From positions 33,353-57,352 of the forward strand of contig CASFVT010000023.1 in assembly GCA_949298195.1 (NCBI GenBank): a stretch of 24,000 nucleotides of DNA, read 5' to 3'. A program made the translations under genes and the position numbers. This DNA comes from an uncultured Bacillota bacterium. GTDB lineage: Bacteria > Bacillota_I > Bacilli_A > RFN20 > CAG-826. Shown here one piece after another: positions 7,179-16,313 of the stretch (position 1 is its first letter; the number at the start of each line of letters is the position of its first letter). Below the pieces are notes generated by a model that saw nothing but the letters and a program-made list of their open reading frames with translations, was not told the origin of the DNA and ran no database searches.

Positions 7179-8597
7179 TTGTTGTATCCTAAGGACGTGA
7201 AGCGAAGCGAGCTCCTCGAATACGTCGCCTACCTCCGGCCCCTGTTGCTAGGGCGTTACCTCTCGCGGCCTTCCTTTTTCACCTCCACCAGCCTCTCCTT
7301 CCATCTTTCCGGCGGCCCCCAGGATCGCCTGAGCTTCATTCTCGAGGGGGAAGAGCCGCGGTTTTACCTCGCATCCGGCAGCCTGCCGGGCAAGAGCCTC
7401 GAATCCAGCTTCCTCGACGTCCTCAAGAAGCGGCTCTACCGGGCCCGCATCGAGGAGGTCGAGGTCCTGGCCAACGACCGGATCGTCTCCTTTGCCCTCA
7501 CCGCGAACGAGGAGGCCCTCTTCAGCAAGAAAAGGAAACTCGTCTTCGAGCTCATCCCCCGCCATCCCAATCTCGTCCTCCTCGACGAGGAAGAGAGGGT
7601 CATCACGGCCTTTCGCGTCACGCCCATCGATGGGAAAAGACCGCTCTTCCGGGGCCTGAAATACCAAATTCCCCCGCAAAACGCCTTCGTCGATGAGAAT
7701 AGGAAACTCGATCTGACTGGGCTTCTCGCCCATTACGAAGAACTGGAGTCCGGGCTTCGGAGCAAGAGGAAGAACGAGCGCTTTGCCGGGCTTGCCTCTT
7801 ACCTCGCGAATCGTGAAAAGAGCCTGAAGAGGAAGATCGCTTCCTTGGGGGGCGATTTGTCTAAGGCCAAGGAACGGCTTGACGGGCAAAGGAAGGGCGA
7901 TCTCCTCCTCACCTACCTTCCTTCCCTCGGCGAGGGAGAAGCGGAAATCGAGCTCGAAGGAGTCAAGATCGTTCTCGATCCCCGGAAAAACGCCGCCCAG
8001 AACGCGAATGCCTTCTACCGCCAGGCCAAGAAGGCCAAGGATGCCATCCGGCTCGGCGAAGCCCACCTCAAGGAAGCCGAGGAAGAACTCCTCGACCTCC
8101 AGAGCGCCAAGGAACAGTTCCTCTCCTCCGACGAAGAGGGGCTCGAGCTTCTCGCTTCCGAGCTCTCGATTCCCCAGAAAGGCCGTCCCGCCCCCGGATG
8201 GAGGGGGCTCTCCCGTTCCTCCCTTCCCTATGAATGCCTCGTCGACGGCATCCACCTCCTCTATGGGCGCTCGGCCAAGGAAAACGACTGCCTGAGTTTC
8301 CTCTTTGCCCGGGGAAGGAAACTGCATTGGTTCCACATCCTCGGGGGTAGCGGCTCCCACCTCGTCCTGAAAAGCGAGAACCCCTCGGCCAAGGCCATCC
8401 GCCTTACTGCCGAAATCGCCATCCTTCTCGCCGGTCGGGAGGACGGGGACGTCATCCATGCCCTCCGGGGGGAAATAAGCCGTGGGAACAAGCCAGGGGA
8501 GGTAAGGCTCCGCGAACACGAGGTCATCCATGTGAAGGGCGTCTCGGAGGAAGCCAAGGGCATCCTCGCGAAAGCCAAGAGGAGGGAAAGGCCGTGA
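7179..8597 (+). CDS. rqcH: RqcH / NFACT-family ribosome quality control protein (FbpA-like), short form
   Basis: NFACT-N features (LANDRIVSFAL with the DR dipeptide, HPNLVLLD, Y.IPPQ), a long K/E/L-rich coiled-coil region and a C-terminal NFACT-R/DUF814 motif (HWFHILGGSGSHLVLKS). The ORF contains no ATG or Met. The start must be TTG 7179/7182 or GTG 7197. Confidence 0.85.
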   Translation: MLYPKDVKRSELLEYVAYLRPLLLGRYLSRPSFFTSTSLSFHLSGGPQDRLSFILEGEEPRFYLASGSLPGKSLESSFLDVLKKRLYRARIEEVEVLANDRIVSFALTANEEALFSKKRKLVFELIPRHPNLVLLDEEERVITAFRVTPIDGKRPLFRGLKYQIPPQNAFVDENRKLDLTGLLAHYEELESGLRSKRKNERFAGLASYLANREKSLKRKIASLGGDLSKAKERLDGQRKGDLLLTYLPSLGEGEAEIELEGVKIVLDPRKNAAQNANAFYRQAKKAKDAIRLGEAHLKEAEEELLDLQSAKEQFLSSDEEGLELLASELSIPQKGRPAPGWRGLSRSSLPYECLVDGIHLLYGRSAKENDCLSFLFARGRKLHWFHILGGSGSHLVLKSENPSAKAIRLTAEIAILLAGREDGDVIHALRGEISRGNKPGEVRLREHEVIHVKGVSEEAKGILAKAKRRERP

Positions 8598-9424
8598 ACG
8601 GGGAATTCAAGAAGCTGTTCGAGAAACAGGGAATCGACTGTTCCGACATGGTCAAGATCGAGGGCGGGACCTCCAACGACACCTATTTGATCAAAAACGC
8701 CATCGTCTACCGGGAGAAAAAACCCAGCGACCCCCGCTTCTACCATCCGGTGATGGAGGAAAGGGCCCTTCTTTACGGAGTGGGAAAGGGGATCGCGCCC
8801 CCCGTCCTCTATTTCGACGAACGCTCGGGCGACTATGCGATGCTTTTCATTCCCGGAGGCCGGCACTTTCCCCTGACTGGAGCCACAAAGGAGGACATCC
8901 TGAAGGCGGTCGCCACCATCAAGTCCTTTCACGATGGCCAGGTCTCCCTCCCTCCCTTCGACATGGACCGGCGCCTGGCCTACTACCAGGACGAGGCCGG
9001 GGTCAGGGGGGTTTTCCCCGGGGAGGAAGAGGCCATCGCCAGGGGGCTTTCCTACTTGAAGGATTCGACGCTCGTCCCCTCCCACAACGACCTCGTCGGG
9101 AGCAACATCCTCTATTTCAACGACACGGCCCTTCTCATTGACTACGAGTTCGCCGGCTACAACGATCCCTACTTCGACCTCGCCTCGCTATTGAGTGAGA
9201 ACCAGATCGAGGACAGAGAACTCCAAAGCGAGGCCCTTTACGCCCTTTTCGGGATGGATGCCGATTTAAAAAAGCTCGATGCCTTCCTGGCCTACGAGGA
9301 CATCCTTTGGGGCTATTGGGCCCTCTATCGGAAGAAGATGACCGGAAACGAGGTCTTCCAAAGGATCTTCGAAAGCAAGAAAAAGGCCTATTCCCGCCGG
9401 GAAAGCTTTGCTCACGAGGCTTGA
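8594..9424 (+). CDS. Choline/ethanolamine-kinase-like phosphotransferase (APH fold, LicA-like)
   Basis: Brenner-type catalytic motif SHNDLVGSNIL and a choline-kinase-type motif LIDYEFAGYNDPYFDLA. The GTG start at 8594 overlaps the rqcH TGA (GTGA), and a GGAGGG SD lies 7-8 nt upstream. Confidence 0.8.
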   Translation: MNGEFKKLFEKQGIDCSDMVKIEGGTSNDTYLIKNAIVYREKKPSDPRFYHPVMEERALLYGVGKGIAPPVLYFDERSGDYAMLFIPGGRHFPLTGATKEDILKAVATIKSFHDGQVSLPPFDMDRRLAYYQDEAGVRGVFPGEEEAIARGLSYLKDSTLVPSHNDLVGSNILYFNDTALLIDYEFAGYNDPYFDLASLLSENQIEDRELQSEALYALFGMDADLKKLDAFLAYEDILWGYWALYRKKMTGNEVFQRIFESKKKAYSRRESFAHEA

Positions 9425-11172
9425 CGACCAGGTTTCTTCTTGATGAGGCAGCGGATGAGGAGGACGAGCAAATAGACGGCCAAGAAGAGGAGGAGCCCAC
9501 CGAAGCCCCCGAGGAGGTCGATGCCGACATCGACGAGCGAGGCCCCGCGGTCAATGGCCAATAGTTGGATTCCCTCGGTCAGGAAAGCGAGGAGAGCGGT
9601 CACGACGGAAGAGGATCCGATGGTGAGGGCCAAGGGGAGTTGACTCCCGAAATAGAGGCGGAAAAAGACGGCCCCGAGAACGGAGAGGCAGGCGAAAAGG
9701 CCGAGGTGGCCGATGTTCTTCCGAATGGAGAATCCGAAGCCGGGGCTCGAGGGATCGACGTTCTTGGCTTCCTCGACCCGGAGGTCGACAGTGAGCGATA
9801 ACGAAGGATTGGCCCGGCTTTTGATGGTGATTTCGCCTTCTCCCTCCTCATTGAAGACGAGGCTCGGGGAGGTGGTCAGGTTCCCGCTTACCCTCGCAAG
9901 GGATTCGGGAAACACACTCACCTCGAGGCTCCGGTCGTAGACGTTCTCGTTGCCGCCTACGCCAAGGAAGCGGGCAGTGATCGGAAGGGCCGCCCCGACG
10001 CTCGAGGTGATGCTCGTTCCTTCCTCGACGAGGACATCCCCGATTCTTGTCTCGACGAGGCTCGCGGGAACGATTTCGGTGAGGGGAAAGGTTATGGTTT
10101 TCTCGAAAAGGGGGCTACCATCCGCCTTGCGGAGGGCAGACTCGACGCGCACTTCCACTTCCCCTACCTTCCTTCGATAGCCCTTGATGAGGAAGGTGCC
10201 GTTTTCCGCGAGGGGTACCGCCTTGAAGGCCATCGGGTCCCCCTTCACGACGAAGGGAACCCCTTCAAAACCGGAGCCGAGGTAGGAGGCCTTCAACAAG
10301 ATCCCGCTTTGCTCGTAATCGTAGTCGTTGAGGGAAAGGTTCCCCTCGTGGGTGACTTCGATCCCGATGGGGTCGCCCCCACGGGCTGGCAGGACATCGA
10401 TTTTCCCCCGCTTCCCGCCGATGGAAAATTCCTTCCTCCCGGGGAGAGTCCCCTCCTTCACGAAAAGATAGCCTTCCGGGTCGATGACGAGTCCTTCATC
10501 CGCCCTCACGGGGAGGGAGGCGACGTCGAAATAACGTCGGAGTTCGTAATCGTCCTTTCCACTTCCAAGGGGATCGGACATCACGACCCTCACGGGAACC
10601 GCTTCCCCGACATGGACGCTCGAGGGGACTTCGATGCTGAATTCAAGCGGGGCCGGAAGTTCGACGATATCGAAGGAATAGACTTCGGAAATCCCACCGG
10701 CCACCGAAACCTCAATCGCGCAGTCTTCTCGCGGATTCCCGTTACTGACGATCCTCACGACCGAGTTGGCCGCGTCGACGACGAGGTCGAACTCCTCACC
10801 GCCCCGGATTTTTTCCGCCTCGAAGGTCGGGTCCAAATAGGAGCCGTGGTCGTCAAGAGGATACTCAATATCGTAATCGAGCATCGTCGTCGTCCCGAGG
10901 GCGACGTCGTCTTCGTGGCCGGGCAGGCCATGAAGGTAAGAGGAATCGGTCTTGAGGGTGAGCCCAGCCGGAAGGACGGGTTTGGCCTCGGCCCCCGGAA
11001 CGAGGTTGGCGAAAAAGGCCACGATATCGGCCACGACCCCCGAGTGGGCGCTGGATACGCTGGCCGGAAGGGCGCTTTCGACCACGAGGAAAGCGGCGAG
11101 AAAGGCGTAGAGCCCGAAGAAGAGATAGAAAGTCCAGGGCCGGTTCTTAAGGCTCGGGAAAGGCTTCCTCAT
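9412..11172 (-). CDS. VanZ-like membrane protein with a large extracytoplasmic beta-rich (Ig-like) insert
   Basis: An N-terminal basic segment plus TM (MRKPFPSLKNRPWTFYLFFGLYAFLAAFLVV). About 430 aa follow that are rich in V/E/G/S/beta-strand patterns resembling repeated Ig-like domains. The C-terminal TM bundle carries VanZ-type motifs (NIGHLGLFACL; LTEGIQLLAIDRGASLVDVGIDLLGG). The track ORF start at 11235 lies inside ppa, so ATG 11172 is preferred. Confidence 0.7.
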   Translation of the reverse strand: MRKPFPSLKNRPWTFYLFFGLYAFLAAFLVVESALPASVSSAHSGVVADIVAFFANLVPGAEAKPVLPAGLTLKTDSSYLHGLPGHEDDVALGTTTMLDYDIEYPLDDHGSYLDPTFEAEKIRGGEEFDLVVDAANSVVRIVSNGNPREDCAIEVSVAGGISEVYSFDIVELPAPLEFSIEVPSSVHVGEAVPVRVVMSDPLGSGKDDYELRRYFDVASLPVRADEGLVIDPEGYLFVKEGTLPGRKEFSIGGKRGKIDVLPARGGDPIGIEVTHEGNLSLNDYDYEQSGILLKASYLGSGFEGVPFVVKGDPMAFKAVPLAENGTFLIKGYRRKVGEVEVRVESALRKADGSPLFEKTITFPLTEIVPASLVETRIGDVLVEEGTSITSSVGAALPITARFLGVGGNENVYDRSLEVSVFPESLARVSGNLTTSPSLVFNEEGEGEITIKSRANPSLSLTVDLRVEEAKNVDPSSPGFGFSIRKNIGHLGLFACLSVLGAVFFRLYFGSQLPLALTIGSSSVVTALLAFLTEGIQLLAIDRGASLVDVGIDLLGGFGGLLLFLAVYLLVLLIRCLIKKKPGRQAS

Positions 11173-11683
11173 AACTTGCCATGGCCTTCTTGATGACCTC
11201 GATGGCCTTGTCCTTGCCAAGGGTCGGCCCGACATCGGTTTTCATGCCCGGCTCGAGGCCCTTGTAAACGGCAAAGAAATGGGCGATTTCCGCCCCGAGG
11301 TGGGGAGGGAGTTCATCGAGGGAATCGTAGCAGCCATAGACCGGGTCGTCGGGGCAGACGGCGATGATCTTCTCGTCGCCCTTCCCGCCGTCCTTCATCA
11401 TGACGACCCCGAGGGGGATGCCGCGGGCCAAGGAGAGGGGGGCAATCGGGCGGGAGGCAACCAAGAGGACGTCGAGGGGATCCCCGTCGTCGCCGAGGGT
11501 CCTCGGGATGAACCCGTAGTTATGCGGATAATGGGTCGCCGTCGAGAGGATGCGGTCGAGCCGTAGGGCCCCCGTCTCCTTATCGAGTTCGTATTTCACC
11601 GAAGAGGAAGCGCTTATTTCGATGCACACCAAAAATTCCTCAGGGGCGATGCGTTTTTTGCTTACGGCGTGCCAAAGGTTCAT
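11147..11683 (-). CDS. ppa: Inorganic pyrophosphatase, family I
   Basis: Motifs YELDKETG, YPHNYGFIP.T...DGDPLDVLL and MMKDGGKGDEKI, and a length of 178 aa. Confidence 0.93.
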   Translation of the reverse strand: MNLWHAVSKKRIAPEEFLVCIEISASSSVKYELDKETGALRLDRILSTATHYPHNYGFIPRTLGDDGDPLDVLLVASRPIAPLSLARGIPLGVVMMKDGGKGDEKIIAVCPDDPVYGCYDSLDELPPHLGAEIAHFFAVYKGLEPGMKTDVGPTLGKDKAIEVIKKAMASYEEAFPEP

Positions 11684-11695
11684 GTTTCTTCCCGG

Positions 11696-11701
11696 ATTAT
11701 A
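11696..11701 (-). promoter_or_regulatory. Perfect -10 box TATAAT located 12 nt upstream of the ppa ATG
   Basis: The minus strand reads AAATCGGGTATAATCCGGGAAGAAACATGAAC. The implied leader is about 5-6 nt. The -35 is weak. Confidence 0.45.
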
Positions 11702-11733
11702 CCCGATTTGGGGCCAAAACGACCCTTAGCGTG

Positions 11734-11739
11734 TATATT
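11734..11739 (+). promoter_or_regulatory. -10-like box TATATT located 6 nt upstream of the lipoprotein ATG (candidate leaderless promoter)
   Basis: The plus strand reads GCGTGTATATTTAGGTGATGGCA. With ATG at 11746, the A sits where a transcription start site would be expected. Confidence 0.4.
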
Positions 11740-11745
11740 TAGGTG

Positions 11746-12540
11746 ATGGCAAAATTCAAAGGCGCTTCCCTCTTCCTGCTTCCCCTCCTGCTTTCCTCGT
11801 GCCAACCGGGCGCGAGCACGGGACTGACGGTCGATCTCTACCTCGATGCCCCGATTAGCCAAGCTCCCACTCTCTTCGAGGCCCTTCCGCGGAGGAATGG
11901 GGATGATCTCGTCGCGGAATGGAAGGCCGGTTACTCCGGCCTCGTCTACCTCGCCTCGAGCAGTTGCGAGCACTGCGAGCAAATCGCCGACGAGGTGGCC
12001 GCGGCCGTTACCGACAGCGGCTTTCTGGTCTCCCTCGTCTACATGGATGGCAGCGACCGCACTTCCTTCGACACCGTGGGCAGCTACCTCCGCGAGGTCT
12101 CGGGCAACGAGGAATACGGGAAGTACACCCCGAGTCTCTATTACGTGGCCGAGGACGATGTAAGGGAAGTCTTCGTCGGGAGCGGCGGAATCGACGCCGA
12201 TTCATTGTCCAAGACCCTGAAGAACAACTTCGCCCCGAGCCACGTCCACCGGGGATTCCTTCCCCCGTCCTCCCTCAACGGCGACCGCCTGTCCGTCCTC
12301 GTCGACCTGAGCAACGAATATGCATCCAACGCCTTCCTCGAGGAGGTTAGGGAAAGCGCCGAATCGACCGGCCGGGAGGTCGACGTTTATGACTATTCCG
12401 CGGCAAATGCGGAAGAAAAAGCGGCTTTTTGCAGCCTTTTCCGCCTCGATACGATAAAAAGCGCCGTCTCGCTGAATGGCGAGAGCGCGCCTTTTGAATC
12501 GGCTGAGGGCCGGAAGTTGATCGAGGGCTATTTCGCCTAG
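11746..12540 (+). CDS. Secreted lipoprotein with a thioredoxin-like CxxC domain followed by a possible degenerate second copy
   Basis: Signal peptide plus lipobox MAKFKGASLFLLPLLLSSC. VYLASSSCEHCEQ is a CxxC at the position expected in a Trx fold, and a downstream TPSLYYV could be the cis-Pro loop. The second half (LSVLVDLSNEYASNAF...) has a similar pattern but no CxxC. The track start GTG 11743 is 1 codon upstream. Confidence 0.7.
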   Translation: MAKFKGASLFLLPLLLSSCQPGASTGLTVDLYLDAPISQAPTLFEALPRRNGDDLVAEWKAGYSGLVYLASSSCEHCEQIADEVAAAVTDSGFLVSLVYMDGSDRTSFDTVGSYLREVSGNEEYGKYTPSLYYVAEDDVREVFVGSGGIDADSLSKTLKNNFAPSHVHRGFLPPSSLNGDRLSVLVDLSNEYASNAFLEEVRESAESTGREVDVYDYSAANAEEKAAFCSLFRLDTIKSAVSLNGESAPFESAEGRKLIEGYFA

Positions 12541-13763
12541 TTCCCCCGCTTGGCCCGGACGAAGGCATCGAAGGCGAGGCCTTCCTCGATGCTCTTGAAC
12601 TTGGCGTAGTAGAAAGCGTCGCCCATGACCGCGGCCATGTGGGGTGGATAACGGCCGCTCATCGATAGGACGTTCCGGTAACGGCTTTTTATTTCCCCGT
12701 CGTCGTGGAGATAGCAAAGGCGGTCGAGCCGGTGGGAGGCAAAGGCATAGAACTTCTCCTTTCCCATGTCCTGGCGGTTCTCGTCGTAAGCGACGACGTC
12801 CGCGTAGATCTCATAGCAGGAGAGCGAACCCCCGAAGTCGATGAGGTCGGGGGTATAACCACCCGGTGGGCGCATGTTGCATTCGAGGGCGACGAAATCG
12901 CCTTTCTTCGCGAGCCCGGGCTTGTCTTCCTTCAAGACGAAGAACTCGATGTGGAACATCCGCTTCCTGATTCCGAAGGCCTTCACCACTTGCCGCCCGA
13001 TCCGCTCGAACTCCTTTTGATCGACATCGGCAAAGGGGAGTTCGAAGGGATTGTTGTAGTAATAGTAGTCGACCCCGTCGTTGACGATGTCGGCAATCGG
13101 GGTCGGGAAGTGGTCGCTGGAGACGAAGACGGCCTCCCCGCGCGAATCGCAGATGCCGTCGAAGCTGACGATCGCCCCGTCGATGTATTCCTCGACGATG
13201 TGGGTCTCGGGAAGGGGTTCCTTCAAAAGGGACCGGACCTCGTTTTCGTCACGGAGCTTATAGGAGTCGCTGGCCCCGACCCCCACATCGGGTTTGGCAA
13301 AGAGGGGGTAACCGACTTCCCGGGCGAATTCAAGAACCTTCCCGAGGTCTTGAGGTCCGTCGACGAGCACGTAACGGATGGTCTTGGCCCCGCCTTCGGC
13401 AAAAGACGCCTTCATGGCCGACTTGGCCTTGATATTGTGCATGTCGGCAGGGAAGAAACCGGTCTTCACGCCGAACTCCTCCCGGAGGCGGGCATCCATC
13501 TCGAGCCACCACTCGTTGTCGCTTTCGATGTAATCGATTTTCCCGTATTTGCCTTGGTAATAGCCGACGGCCGCCTTCATCGCGGGGAAATCGGAGAGGT
13601 CCTTCACGAAATAGTATTCGTTCAGGGAGGACTTGAGGCGTGGGTGAAGGTCGTAATGGGGGCTGTCCCCGATTCCGAGGACGGTGATTCCCCGTTCGCG
13701 GAGGGCCTCGACCCACTTGTAGTAACGTTCGGGGAAATTGGGCGAAACGAAGACGAAATTCAT
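12537..13763 (-). CDS. ATP-grasp domain protein of unknown substrate
   Basis: 408 aa with an ATP-grasp layout by eye: a pre-ATP-grasp N-domain (MNFVFVSPNFP...VLGIGD), then KSAMK...PLFAKP..G.GAS, EEYIDG, and HIEFF...ALECNMRPPGG. It resembles a widespread uncharacterised Bacillota ATP-grasp family. The ATG at 13763 lies 12 nt after the atpC stop and has a GGGGGAG SD. Confidence 0.8.
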   Translation of the reverse strand: MNFVFVSPNFPERYYKWVEALRERGITVLGIGDSPHYDLHPRLKSSLNEYYFVKDLSDFPAMKAAVGYYQGKYGKIDYIESDNEWWLEMDARLREEFGVKTGFFPADMHNIKAKSAMKASFAEGGAKTIRYVLVDGPQDLGKVLEFAREVGYPLFAKPDVGVGASDSYKLRDENEVRSLLKEPLPETHIVEEYIDGAIVSFDGICDSRGEAVFVSSDHFPTPIADIVNDGVDYYYYNNPFELPFADVDQKEFERIGRQVVKAFGIRKRMFHIEFFVLKEDKPGLAKKGDFVALECNMRPPGGYTPDLIDFGGSLSCYEIYADVVAYDENRQDMGKEKFYAFASHRLDRLCYLHDDGEIKSRYRNVLSMSGRYPPHMAAVMGDAFYYAKFKSIEEGLAFDAFVRAKRGN

Positions 13764-13775
13764 GTTGACTCCCCC

Positions 13776-16309
<2,534 letters not shown>

Positions 16310-16313
<4 letters not shown>

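Noticed and set aside
13761-13773. The string AGTCAACATG precedes both the ATP-grasp start (13761-13773) and the atpF start (18885-18897).
   Set aside because: There are only two copies of a 10-mer, part of which is the ATG itself. No third copy or associated structure was noticed, so this is compatible with chance.
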